A model generated the notes under the pieces. That model did no database searches. It was not told the origin of the DNA and saw only the letters and a list, made by a program, of their open reading frames with translations. The translations under genes and the position numbers were made by a program. Source: Eledone cirrhosa (Eukaryota). From it: a stretch of DNA of 64,000 nucleotides. Location: positions 31,558,001 to 31,622,000 of the forward strand of contig OZ024744.1 in NCBI GenBank assembly GCA_964016885.1, in the 5' to 3' direction. Shown here one piece after another: positions 28,750-43,450 of the stretch (positions are counted from its first letter, which is position 1; every line of letters begins with the position of its first letter).

Positions 28750-31700
28750 ATGGCCAACTGAGACATTGGTAAACCCAGTACTAACTAATGTTCTATGTCA
28801 TCGCCAACTGAGACGTTGGTAAACACAGTACTAACTAATGTCCTATGTCATGACCAACTGAGACGTTGGTAAACCCAGTACTAACTAACGTCCTCTGTCA
28901 TGGCCAACTTAGACGTAGGTAAACTCAGTACTAACTAATGTCCTCTGTCATGGCCAATTGAGACGTTGGTAAACCAAGTACTAACTAATGTCCTCTGTCG
29001 TTAACAACTGAGACGTAGGTAAACCCAGTACTAACTAATGTCCTCTGTCATGGCCAACTGAGACGTAGGTAAACCCAGTACTAACTAATGTCCTATGTCA
29101 TGGCCAACTGAGACGTTGGTAAACCCAATTATTAACTAATGTCCTATGTCATGACCAACTGAGACATTGGTAAACCCAGTACTAACTAATGTCCTATGTC
29201 ATGGCCAACCGAGACGGTGGTAAACCCAGTACTAACTAATGTCCTCTGTCATGGCCAACGGAGACGTTGGTAATCCCAGTACTAACTAATGTCCTATGTC
29301 ATGACCATCTGAGACATTGGTAAACCCAGTACTAACTAATGTCCTCTCTCATGGCCAACTGAGACGTTGGTAAACCCAGTACTAACTAATGTCCTCTGTC
29401 ATAGCCAACTGAGACGTAGGTACACCCAGTACTAACTAATGTCCTCTGTAATGGCCAACTGAGACGTAGGTAAACCCAGTACTAACTAATGTCCTCTGTC
29501 ATGGCCAACGGAGACGTTGGTAATCCCAGTACTAACTAATGTCCTATGTCATGACCATCTGAGACATTGGTAAACCCAGTACTAACTAATGTCCTCTCTC
29601 ATGGCCAACTGAGACGTTGGTAAACCCAGTACTAACTAATGTCCTCTGTCATAGCCAACTGAGACGTAGGTAAACCCAGTACTAACTAATGTCCTCTGTC
29701 ATGGCCAACTGAGACGTTGGTAAACCCAGTACTAACTAATGTCCTCTGTCATGGCCAACTGAGATAGTGCTAAACCCAGTGTTATCTAATGTCCTATGTC
29801 ATGGCCAACTGAGACGTTAGTAAACCCAGTACTAACTAATGTCCTATGTCATGACCAACTGAGACATTGGTAAACCCAGTACTAACTAATGTCCTATGTC
29901 ATGGCCAACTGAGACGTTGGTAAATCCAGTACTAACTAATGTCCTCTCTCATGACCAACTGAGACGTTGGTAAACCCAGTACTAACTAATGTTCTCTGTC
30001 ATGGCCAACTGAGACGTAGGTAAACCCAGTACTAACGAATGTCCTCTGTCATGGCCAACTGAGACATTCGTAAACCCAGTACTAACTAATGTCCTATGTC
30101 ATGCCCAACTGAGACATTGGTAAACCCAGTACTAACTAATGTCCTATGTCATGGCCAACTGAGACGTTGGTAAATCCAGTACTAACTAATGTCCTCTCTC
30201 ATGAGCAACTGAGACGTTGGTAAACCCAGGACTAACTAATGTCCTATGTCATGACCAACTGAGACGTTGGTAAACCCAGTACTAACTAATGTCCTCTGTT
30301 ATGGCCAACTGAGACATACGTAAACCCAGTACTAACTAATGTCCTCTGTCATGGCCAACTGAGAGATTGGTAAACCCAGTACTAACTCATGTCCTATGTC
30401 ATGATCAACTGAGATATTGGTAAACCCATTACTAACTAATGTCCTATGTCATGGCCAACTGAGACGTTGGTAAATCCAGTACTAACTAATGTCCTCTCTC
30501 ATGGCCAACTGAGACGTTGGTAAACCCAGTATTAACTAATGTCCTATGTCATGGCCAACTGAGACGATGGTAAACCCAGTACTAAATAATGTCCTCTGCC
30601 ATGGCCAACTGAGACGATGGTAAACCCAGTACTAAATAATGTCCTCTGTCATGGCCAACTGAGACATTGGTAAACCCAGTACTAACTAATGTCCTCTGTC
30701 ATGGCCAACTGAGTCGTTGGTAAACCCAGTACTATCTAATGTCCTATGTCATGACCAACTGAGACGTTGGTAAACCCAGTACTAACTAATGTCCTATGTC
30801 ATGGCCAACTGAGACGATGGTAAACCCAGTACTAAATAATGTCCTCTGCCATGGCCAACTGAGACATTGGTAAACCCAGTACTAACTAATGTCCTATGTC
30901 ATGGCCAACTGAGACATTGGTAAACCCAGTACTATCTAATGTCCTATGTCATGGCACACTGAGACGTTGGTAAACCCAGTACTAATTAATGTCCTCTCTC
31001 ATGGCCAACTGAGACGATGGTAAACCCAGTACTAAATAATGTCCTCTGTCATGGCCAACTGAGACATTGGTAAACCCAGTACTAACTAATGTCCTCTGTC
31101 ATGGCCAACTGAGCCGTTGGTAAACCCAGTTGTATCTAATGTCCTATGTCATGACCAACTGAGACGTTGGTAAACCCAGTACTAACTAATGTTCTCTGTC
31201 ATGGCCAACTGAGACGTTGGTAAATCCAGTACTAACTAATGTCCTCTCTCATGGCCAACTGAGACGTTGGTAAACCCACTATTAACTAATGTCCTATGTC
31301 ATGGCCAACTGAGACGATGGTAAACCCAGTACTAAATAATGTCCTCTGCCATGGCCAACTGAGACATTGGTAAACCCAGTACTAACTAATGTCCTATGTC
31401 ATGGCCAACTGAGATATTGGTAAACCCAGTACTATCTAATGTCCTATGTCATGGCAAACTGAGACGTTGGTAAACCCAGTACTAATTAATGTTCTCTCTC
31501 ATGGCCAACTGAGACGATGGTAAACCCAGTACTAAATAATGTCCTCTGTCATGGCCAACTGAGACATTGGTAAACCCAGTACTAACTAATGTCCTCTGTC
31601 ATGGCCAACTGAGCCGTTGGTAAACCCAGTACTATCTAATGTCCTATGTCATGACCAACTGAGACGTTGGTAAACCCAGTACTAACTAATGTCCTCTGTG

Positions 31701-34700
31701 ATGGCCAACTGAGACATTCGTAAACCCAGTACTAACTAATGTCCTCTGTTATGGCCAACTGAGAGATTGGTAAACCCAGTACTAACTAATGTCCTATGTC
31801 ATGACCAACTGAGACATTGGTAAACCCAGTACTAACTAATGTCCTATGTCATTGCCAACTGAGACGTTGGTAAACCCAGTACTAACTAATGTCCTCTGTC
31901 ATGGCCAACTGAGACATTGGTAAACCCAGTACTAACTAATGTCCTATGTCATGACCAACTGAGACATTGGTAAACCCAGTACTAACTAATGTCCTATGAC
32001 ATGGCCAACTGAGACGTTGGTAAATCCAGTACTAACTAATGTCCTCTCTCATGACCAACTGAGACGTTGGTAAACCCAGTACAAACTAATGTTCTCTGTC
32101 ATGGCCAACTGACACGTAGGTAAACCCAGTACTAACTAATGTCCTCTGTCATGACCAACTGAGACGTTGGTAAACCCAGTACTAACTAATGTCCTCTGTC
32201 ATGGCCAACTGAGACATTGGTAAACCCAGTACTAACTAATGTCCTATGTCATCGCCAACTGAGACGTTGGTAAACCCAGTACTAACTAATGTCCTATGTC
32301 ATGACCAACTGAGACGTTGGTAAACCCAGTACTAACTAATGTCCTCTGTCATGGCCAAATGAGACGTTGGTAAACCCAGTACTAACTAATGTCCTATGTC
32401 ATGGCCAACTGAGACGTTGGTAAACCCAGTACTAACTAATGTCCTATGTCATGACCAACTGAGACATTGGTAAACCCAGTACTAACTAATGTCCTCTGTC
32501 ATTAACAACTGAGACGTAGGTAAACCCAGTACTAACTAATGTCCTATGACATGGCCAACTAAGACGTTGGTAAATCCAGTACTAACTAATGTCCTCTGTC
32601 ATGACCAAGTGAGACGTTGGTAAACCCAGTACAAACTAATGTTCTCTGTCATGGCCAACTGACACGTAGGTAAACCCAGTACTAACTAATGTCCTCTGTC
32701 ATGGCCAACTGAGACGTTGGTAAACCCAGTACTAACTAATGTCCTCTGTCATGGCCAACTGAGACGTTGGTAAACCCAGTACTAACTAATGTCCTATGTC
32801 ATCGCCAACTGAGACGTTGGTAAACCCAGTACTAACTAATGTCCTATGTCATGACCAACTGAGACGTTGGTAAACCCAGTACTAACTAATGTCCTCTGTC
32901 ATGGCCAACTGACACGTAGGTAAACCCAGTACTAACTAATGTCCTCTGTCATGGCCAACTGAGACGTTGGTAAACCCAGTATTAACTAATGTCCTATGTC
33001 ATGGCCAACTGAGACATTGGTAAACCCAGTACTAACAAATGTCCTCTGTCATGGCACACTGAGACGTTGGTAAACCCAGTACTAATTAATGTCCTCTCTC
33101 ATGGCCAACTGAGACGATGGTAAACCCAGTACTAAATAATGTCCTCTGTCATGGCCAACTGAGACATTGGTAAACCCAGTGCTAACTAATGTCCTCTCTC
33201 ATGACCAACTGAGACGTTGGTAAACCCAGTACTAACTAATGTCCTATATCATGATCAACTGAGACATTGGTAAACCCAGTATTAACTAATGTCCTATGTC
33301 ATGGCTAACTGAGACGTTGGTAAACTCAGTACTAACTAATGTCCTCTGTCATGGCCAACTGAGACATTGGTAAACCCAGTACTAACTAATGTCCTATGTC
33401 ATGGCCAACTGAGACATTGGTAAACCCAGTACTAACTAATGTTCTATGTCATCGCCAACTGAGACGTTGGTAAACACAGTACTAACTAATGTCCTATGTC
33501 ATGACCAACTGAGACGTTGGTAAACCCAGTACTAACTAACGTCCTCTGTCATGGCCAACTTAGACGTAGGTAAACTCAGTACTAACTAATGTCCTCTGTC
33601 ATGGCCAATTGAGACGTTGGTAAACCAAGTACTAACTAATGTCCTCTGTCGTTAACAACTGAGACGTAGGTAAACCCAGTACTAACTAATGTCCTCTGTC
33701 ATGGCCAACTGAGACGTAGGTAAACCCAGTACTAACTAATGTCCTATGTCATGGCCAACTGAGACGTTGGTAAACCCAGTATTAACTAATGTCCTATGTC
33801 ATGACCAACTGAGACATTGGTAAACCCAGTACTAACTAATGTCCTATGTCATGGCCAACCGAGACGGTGGTAAACCCAGTACTAACTAATGTCCTCTGTC
33901 ATGGCCAACGGAGACGTTGGTAATCCCAGTACTAACTAATGTCCTATGTCATGACCATCTGAGACATTGGTAAACCCAGTACTAACTAATGTCCTCTCTC
34001 ATGGCCAACTGAGACGTTGGTAAACCCAGTACTAACTAATGTCCTCTGTCATAGCCAACTGAGACGTAGGTACACCCAGTACTAACTAATGTCCTCTGTA
34101 ATGGCCAACTGAGACGTAGGTAAACCCAGTACTAACTAATGTCCTCTGTCATGGCCAACGGAGACGTTGGTAATCCCAGTACTAACTAATGTCCTATGTC
34201 ATGACCATCTGAGACATTGGTAAACCCAGTACTAACTAATGTCCTCTCTCATGGCCAACTGAGACGTTGGTAAACCCAGTACTAACTAATGTCCTCTGTC
34301 ATAGCCAACTGAGACGTAGGTAAACCCAGTACTAACTAATGTCCTCTGTCATGGCCAACTGAGACGTTGGTAAACCCAGTACTAACTAATGTCCTCTGTC
34401 ATGGCCAACTGAGATAGTGCTAAACCCAGTGTTATCTAATGTCCTATGTCATGGCCAACTGAGACGTTAGTAAACCCAGTACTAACTAATGTCCTATGTC
34501 ATGACCAACTGAGACATTGGTAAACCCAGTACTAACTAATGTCCTATGTCATGGCCAACTGAGACGTTGGTAAATCCAGTACTAACTAATGTCCTCTCTC
34601 ATGACCAACTGAGACGTTGGTAAACCCAGTACTAACTAATGTTCTCTGTCATGGCCAACTGAGACGTAGGTAAACCCAGTACTAACGAATGTCCTCTGTC

Positions 34701-37700
34701 ATGGCCAACTGAGACATTCGTAAACCCAGTACTAACTAATGTCCTATGTCATGCCCAACTGAGACATTGGTAAACCCAGTACTAACTAATGTCCTATGTC
34801 ATGGCCAACTGAGACGTTGGTAAATCCAGTACTAACTAATGTCCTCTCTCATGAGCAACTGAGACGTTGGTAAACCCAGTACTAACTAATGTCCTATGTC
34901 ATGACCAACTGAGACGTTGGTAAACCCAGTACTAACTAATGTCCTCTGTTATGGCCAACTGAGACATACGTAAACCCAGTACTAACTAATGTCCTCTGTC
35001 ATGGCCAACTGAGAGATTGGTAAACCCAGTACTAACTCATGTCCTATGTCATGATCAACTGAGATATTGGTAAACCCATTACTAACTAATGTCCTATGTC
35101 ATGGCCAACTGAGGCGTTGGTAAATCCAGTACTAACTAATGTCCTCTCTCATGGCCAACTGAGACGTTGGTAAACCCAGTATTAACTAATGTCCTATGTC
35201 ATGGCCAACTGAGACGATGGTAAACCCAGTACTAAATAATGTCCTCTGCCATGGCCAACTGAGACGATGGTAAACCCAGTACTAAATAATGTCCTCTGTC
35301 ATGGCCAACTGAGACATTGGTAAACCCAGTACTAACTAATGTCCTCTGTCATGGCCAACTGAGTCGTTGGTAAACCCAGTACTATCTAATGTCCTATGTC
35401 ATGACCAACTGAGACGTTGGTAAACCCAGTACTAACTAATGTCCTATGTCATGGCCAACTGAGACGATGGTAAACCCAGTACTAAATAATGTCCTCTGCC
35501 ATGGCCAACTGAGACATTGGTAAACCCAGTACTAACTAATGTCCTATGTCATGGCCAACTGAGACATTGGTAAACCCAGTACTATCTAATGTCCTATGTC
35601 ATGGCACACTGAGACGTTGGTAAACCCAGTACTAATTAATGTCCTCTCTCATGGCCAACTGAGACGATGGTAAACCCAGTACTAAATAATGTCCTCTGTC
35701 ATGGCCAACTGAGACATTGGTAAACCCAGTACTAACTAATGTCCTCTGTCATGGCCAACTGAGCCGTTGGTAAACCCAGTTGTATCTAATGTCCTATGTC
35801 ATGACCAACTGAGACGTTGGTAAACCCAGTACTAACTAATGTTCTCTGTCATGGCCAACTGAGACGTTGGTAAATCCAGTACTAACTAATGTCCTCTCTC
35901 ATGGCCAACTGAGACGTTGGTAAACCCACTATTAACTAATGTCCTATGTCATGGCCAACTGAGACGATGGTAAACCCAGTACTAAATAATGTCCTCTGCC
36001 ATGGCCAACTGAGACATTGGTAAACCCAGTACTAACTAATGTCCTATGTCATGGCCAACTGAGATATTGGTAAACCCAGTACTATCTAATGTCCTATGTC
36101 ATGGCAAACTGAGACGTTGGTAAACCCAGTACTAATTAATGTTCTCTCTCATGGCCAACTGAGACGATGGTAAACCCAGTACTAAATAATGTCCTCTGTC
36201 ATGGCCAACTGAGACATTGGTAAACCCAGTACTAACTAATGTCCTCTGTCATGGCCAACTGAGCCGTTGGTAAACCCAGTACTATCTAATGTCCTATGTC
36301 ATGACCAACTGAGACGTTGGTAAACCCAGTACTAACTAATGTCCTCTGTGATGGCCAACTGAGACATTCGTAAACCCAGTACTAACTAATGTCCTCTGTT
36401 ATGGCCAACTGAGAGATTGGTAAACCCAGTACTAACTAATGTCCTATGTCATGACCAACTGAGACATTGGTAAACCCAGTACTAACTAATGTCCTATGTC
36501 ATTGCCAACTGAGACGTTGGTAAACCCAGTACTAACTAATGTCCTCTGTCATGGCCAACTGAGACATTGGTAAACCCAGTACTAACTAATGTCCTATGTC
36601 ATGACCAACTGAGACATTGGTAAACCCAGTACTAACTAATGTCCTATGACATGGCCAGCTGAGACGTTGGTAAATCCAGTACTAACTAATGTCCTCTCTC
36701 ATGACCAACTGAGACGTTGGTAAACCCAGTACAAACTAATGTTCTCTGTCATGGCCAACTGACACGTAGGTAAACCCAGTACTAACTAATGTCCTCTGTC
36801 ATGACCAACTGAGACGTTGGTAAACCCAGTACTAACTAATGTCCTCTGTCATGGCCAACTGAGACATTGGTAAACCCAGTACTAACTAATGTCCTATGTC
36901 ATCGCCAACTGAGACGTTGGTAAACCCAGTACTAACTAATGTCCTATGTCATGACCAACTGAGACGTTGGTAAACCCAGTACTAACTAATGTCCTCTGTC
37001 ATGGCCAAATGAGACGTTGGTAAACCCAGTACTAACTAATGTCCTATGTCATGGCCAACTGAGACGTTGGTAAACCCAGTACTAACTAATGTCCTATGTC
37101 ATGACCAACTGAGACATTGGTAAACCCAGTACTAACTAATGTCCTCTGTCATTAACAACTGAGACGTAGGTAAACCCAGTACTAACTAATGTCCTATGAC
37201 ATGGCCAACTAAGACGTTGGTAAATCCAGTACTAACTAATGTCCTCTGTCATGACCAAGTGAGACGTTGGTAAACCCAGTACAAACTAATGTTCTCTGTC
37301 ATGGCCAACTGACACGTAGGTAAACCCAGTACTAACTAATGTCCTCTGTCATGGCCAACTGAGACGTTGGTAAACCCAGTACTAACTAATGTCCTCTGTC
37401 ATGGCCAACTGAGACGTTGGTAAACCCAGTACTAACTAATGTCCTATGTCATCGCCAACTGAGACGTTGGTAAACCCAGTACTAACTAATGTCCTATGTC
37501 ATGACCAACTGAGACGTTGGTAAACCCAGTACTAACTAATGTCCTCTGTCATGGCCAACTGACACGTAGGTAAACCCAGTACTAACTAATGTCCTCTGTC
37601 ATGGCCAACTGAGACGTTGGTAAACCCAGTATTAACTAATGTCCTATGTCATGGCCAACTGAGACATTGGTAAACCCAGTACTAACAAATGTCCTCTGTC

Positions 37701-38050
37701 ATGGCACACTGAGACGTTGGTAAACCCAGTACTAATTAATGTCCTCTCTCATGGCCAACTGAGACGATGGTAAACCCAGTACTAAATAATGTCCTCTGTC
37801 ATGGCCAACTGAGACATTGGTAAACCCAGTGCTAACTAATGTCCTCTCTCATGACCAACTGAGACGTTGGTAAACCCAGTACTAACTAATGTCCTATATC
37901 ATGATCAACTGAGACATTGGTAAACCCAGTATTAACTAATGTCCTATGTCATGGCTAACTGAGACGTTGGTAAACTCAGTACTAACTAATGTCCTCTGTC
38001 ATGGCCAACTGAGACATTGGTAAACCCAGTACTAACTAATGTCCTATGTC
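28750..38050. repeat. Higher-order block D: two copies, period 4650 bp (93 monomers)
   Basis: 'gagatagtgc' at 29761/34411; 'tgtatctaat' at 31131/35781. Confidence 0.9.
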
Positions 38051-41000
38051 ATGCCCAAATGAGACATTGGTAAACCCAGTACTAACTAATGTCCGATGTC
38101 ATGGCCAACTGAGAGGTTGGTAAATCCAGTACTAACTAATGTCCTCTCTCATGGCCAACTGAGACGTTGGTAAACCCAGTATTAACTAATGTCCTATGTC
38201 ATGGCCAACTGAGACGATGGTAAACCCAGTACTAAATAATGTCCTCTGCCATGGCCAACTGAGACATTGGTAAATCCAGTACTAACTAATGTCCTATGTC
38301 ATGGCCAACTGAGACATTGGTAAACCCGGTACTATCTAATGTCCTATGTCATGGCACACTGAGACGTTGGTAAACCCAGTACTAATTAATGTCCTCTCTC
38401 ATGGCCAACTGAGACGATGGTAAACCCAGTACTAAATAATGTCCTCTGTCATGGCCAACTGAGACATTGGTAAACCCAGTACTAACTAATGTCCTCTGTC
38501 ATGGCAAATGAGTCGTTGGTAACCCAGTACTATCTAATGTCCTATGTCATGACCAACTGAGACGATGGTAAACCCAGTACTAACTAATGTCCTCTGTCAT
38601 GGCCAACTGAGACATTCGTGAACCTAGTACTAACTAATGTCCTCTGTTATGGCCAACTGAGAGATTGGTAAACCCAGTACTAACTAATGTCCTATGTCAT
38701 GAAAAACTGAGACATTGGTAAACCCAGTACTAACTAATGTCCTATGTCTTGGCCAACTGAGACGTTGGTAAATCTAGTACTAACTAATGTCCTCTCTCAT
38801 GACCAACTGAGACGTTGGTAAACCCAGTACAAACTAATGTTCTCTGTCATGGCCAACTGACACGTAGGTAAACCCACTACTAACTAATGTCCTCTGTCAT
38901 GGCCAACTGAGACGTTGGTAAACCCAGTATTAACTAATGTCCTATGTCATGACCAACTGAGACATTGGTAAACCCAGTACTAACTAATGTCCTATGTCAT
39001 GGCCAACTGAGACGTTGGTAAATCCAGTACTAACTAATGTCCTCTCTCATGACCAACTGAGACGTTGGTAAACCCAGTACTAACTAATGTTCTCTGTCAT
39101 GGCCAAATGAGACGTAGGTAAACCCAGTACTAACTAATGTCCTCTGTCATGGCCAACTGAGACATTCGTAAACCCAGTACTAACTAATGTCCTATGTCAT
39201 GCCCAACTGAGACATTTGGTAAACCCAGTACTAACTAATGTCCTATGTCATGGCCAACTGAGACGTTGGTAAATCCAGTACTAACTAATGTCCTCTCTCA
39301 TGAACAACTGAGACGTTGGTAAACCCAGTACTAACTAATGTCCTATGTCATGACCAACTGAGACGTTGGTAAACCCAGTACTAACTAATGTCCTCTGTTA
39401 TGGCCAACTGAGACATTCGTAAACCCAGTATTAACTAATGTCCTATGTCATGGCCAACTGAGACGATGGTAAACCCAGTACTAAATAATGTCCTCTGCCA
39501 TGGCCAACTGAGACATTGGTAAACCCAGTACTAACTAATGTCCTATGTCATGGCCAACTGAGACATTGGTAAACCCAGTACTATCTAATGTCCTATGTCA
39601 TGGCACACTGAGACGTTGGTAAACCCAGTACTAATTAATGTCCTCTCTCATGGCCAACTGAGACGATGGTAAACCCAGTACTAAATAATGTCCTCTGTCA
39701 TGGCCAACTGAGACATTGGTAAACCCAGTACTAACTAATGTCCTCTGTCATGGCCAACTGAGCCGTTGGTAAACCCAGTTGTATCTAATGTCCTATGTCA
39801 TGACCAACTGAGACGTTGGTAAACCCAGTACTAACTAATGTTCTCTGTCATGGCCAACTGAGACGTTGGTAAATCCAGTACTAACTAATGTCCTCTCTCA
39901 TGGCCAACTGAGACGTTGGTAAACCCACTATTAACTAATGTCCTATGTCATGGCCAACTGAGACGATGGTAAACCCAGTACTAAATAATGTCCTCTGCCA
40001 TGGCCAACTGAGACATTGGTAAACCCAGTACTAACTAATGTCCTATGTCATGGCCAACTGAGATATTGGTAAACCCAGTACTATCTAATGTCCTATGTCA
40101 TGGCAAACTGAGACGTTGGTAAACCCAGTACTAATTAATGTTCTCTCTCATGGCCAACTGAGACGATGGTAAACCCAGTACTAAATAATGTCCTCTGTCA
40201 TGGCCAACTGAGACATTGGTAAACCCAGTACTAACTAATGTCCTCTGTCATGGCCAACTGAGCCGTTGGTAAACCCAGTACTATCTAATGTCCTATGTCA
40301 TGACCAACTGAGACGTTGGTAAACCCAGTACTAACTAATGTCCTCTGTGATGGCCAACTGAGACATTCGTAAACCCAGTACTAACTAATGTCCTCTGTTA
40401 TGGCCAACTGAGAGATTGGTAAACCCAGTACTAACTAATGTCCTATGTCATGACCAACTGAGACATTGGTAAACCCAGTACTAACTAATGTCCTATGTCA
40501 TTGCCAACTGAGACGTTGGTAAACCCAGTACTAACTAATGTCCTCTGTCATGGCCAACTGAGACATTGGTAAACCCAGTACTAACTAATGTCCTATGTCA
40601 TGACCAACTGAGACATTGGTAAACCCAGTACTAACTAATGTCCTATGACATGGCCAACTGAGACGTTGGTAAATCCAGTACTAACTAATGTCCTCTCTCA
40701 TGACCAACTGAGACGTTGGTAAACCCAGTACAAACTAATGTTCTCTGTCATGGCCAACTGACACGTAGGTAAACCCAGTACTAACTAATGTCCTCTGTCA
40801 TGACCAACTGAGACGTTGGTAAACCCAGTACTAACTAATGTCCTCTGTCATGGCCAACTGAGACATTGGTAAACCCAGTACTAACTAATGTCCTATGTCA
40901 TCGCCAACTGAGACGTTGGTAAACCCAGTACTAACTAATGTCCTATGTCATGACCAACTGAGACGTTGGTAAACCCAGTACTAACTAATGTCCTCTGTCA

Positions 41001-43450
41001 TGGCCAAATGAGACGTTGGTAAACCCAGTACTAACTAATGTCCTATGTCATGGCCAACTGAGACGTTGGTAAACCCAGTACTAACTAATGTCCTATGTCA
41101 TGACCAACTGAGACATTGGTAAACCCAGTACTAACTAATGTCCTCTGTCATTAACAACTGAGACGTAGGTAAACCCAGTACTAACTAATGTCCTATGACA
41201 TGGCCAACTAAGACGTTGGTAAATCCAGTACTAACTAATGTCCTCTGTCATGACCAAGTGAGACGTTGGTAAACCCAGTACAAACTAATGTTCTCTGTCA
41301 TGGCCAACTGACACGTAGGTAAACCCAGTACTAACTAATGTCCTCTGTCATGGCCAACTGAGACGTTGGTAAACCCAGTACTAACTAATGTCCTCTGTCA
41401 TGGCCAACTGAGACGTTGGTAAACCCAGTACTAACTAATGTCCTATGTCATCGCCAACTGAGACGTTGGTAAACCCAGTACTAACTAATGTCCTATGTCA
41501 TGACCAACTGAGACGTTGGTAAACCCAGTACTAACTAATGTCCTCTGTCATGGCCAACTGACACGTAGGTAAACCCAGTACTAACTAATGTCCTCTGTCA
41601 TGGCCAACTGAGACGTTGGTAAACCCAGTATTAACTAATGTCCTATGTCATGGCCAACTGAGACATTGGTAAACCCAGTACTAACAAATGTCCTCTGTCA
41701 TGGCACACTGAGACGTTGGTAAACCCAGTACTAATTAATGTCCTCTCTCATGGCCAACTGAGACGATGGTAAACCCAGTACTAAATAATGTCCTCTGTCA
41801 TGGCCAACTGAGACATTGGTAAACCCAGTGCTAACTAATGTCCTCTCTCATGACCAACTGAGACGTTGGTAAACCCAGTACTAACTAATGTCCTATATCA
41901 TGATCAACTGAGACATTGGTAAACCCAGTATTAACTAATGTCCTATGTCATGGCTAACTGAGACGTTGGTAAACTCAGTACTAACTAATGTCCTCTGTCA
42001 TGGCCAACTGAGACATTGGTAAACCCAGTACTAACTAATGTCCTATGTCATGCCCAAATGAGACATTGGTAAACCCAGTACTAACTAATGTCCGATGTCA
42101 TGGCCAACTGAGACGTTGGTAAATCCAGTACTAACTAATGTCCTCTCTCATGGCCAACTGAGACGTTGGTAAACCCAGTATTAACTAATGTCCTATGTCA
42201 TGGCCAACTGAGACGATGGTAAACCCAGTACTAAATAATGTCCTCTGCCATGGCCAACTGAGACATTGGTAAATCCAGTACTAACTAATGTCCTATGTCA
42301 TGGCCAACTGAGACATTGGTAAACCCGGTACTATCTAATGTCCTATGTCATGGCACACTGAGACGTTGGTAAACCCAGTACTAATTAATGTCCTCTCTCA
42401 TGGCCAACTGAGACGATGGTAAACCCAGTACTAAATAATGTCCTCTGTCATGGCCAACTGAGACATTGGTAAACCCAGTACTAACTAATGTCCTCTGTCA
42501 TGGCAAATGAGTCGTTGGTAACCCAGTACTATCTAATGTCCTATGTCATGACCAACTGAGACGATGGTAAACCCAGTACTAACTAATGTCCTCTGTCATG
42601 GCCAACTGAGACATTCGTGAACCTAGTACTAACTAATGTCCTCTGTTATGGCCAACTGAGAGATTGGTAAACCCAGTACTAACTAATGTCCTATGTCATG
42701 AAAAACTGAGACATTGGTAAACCCAGTACTAACTAATGTCCTATGTCTTGGCCAACTGAGACGTTGGTAAATCTAGTACTAACTAATGTCCTCTCTCATG
42801 ACCAACTGAGACGTTGGTAAACCCAGTACAAACTAATGTTCTCTGTCATGGCCAACTGACACGTAGGTAAACCCACTACTAACTAATGTCCTCTGTCATG
42901 GCCAACTGAGACGTTGGTAAACCCAGTATTAACTAATGTCCTATGTCATGACCAACTGAGACATTGGTAAACCCAGTACTAACTAATGTCCTATGTCATG
43001 GCCAACTGAGACGTTGGTAAATCCAGTACTAACTAATGTCCTCTCTCATGACCAACTGAGACGTTGGTAAACCCAGTACTAACTAATGTTCTCTGTCATG
43101 GCCAAATGAGACGTAGGTAAACCCAGTACTAACTAATGTCCTCTGTCATGGCCAACTGAGACATTCGTAAACCCAGTACTAACTAATGTCCTATGTCATG
43201 CCCAACTGAGACATTTGGTAAACCCAGTACTAACTAATGTCCTATGTCATGGCCAACTGAGACGTTGGTAAATCCAGTACTAACTAATGTCCTCTCTCAT
43301 GAACAACTGAGACGTTGGTAAACCCAGTACTAACTAATGTCCTATGTCATGACCAACTGAGACGTTGGTAAACCCAGTACTAACTAATGTCCTCTGTTAT
43401 GGCCAACTGAGACATTCGTAAACCCAGTATTAACTAATGTCCTATGTCAT
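35450..43450. repeat. Higher-order block E: two copies, period 3999 bp (80 monomers), overlapping block D
   Basis: 'tgtatctaat' at 35781/39780; double-deletion monomer 'atggcaaatgagtcgttggtaaccc' at 38501/42500; 1-bp insertion 'gacatttggt' at ~39211/43210. Confidence 0.9.
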
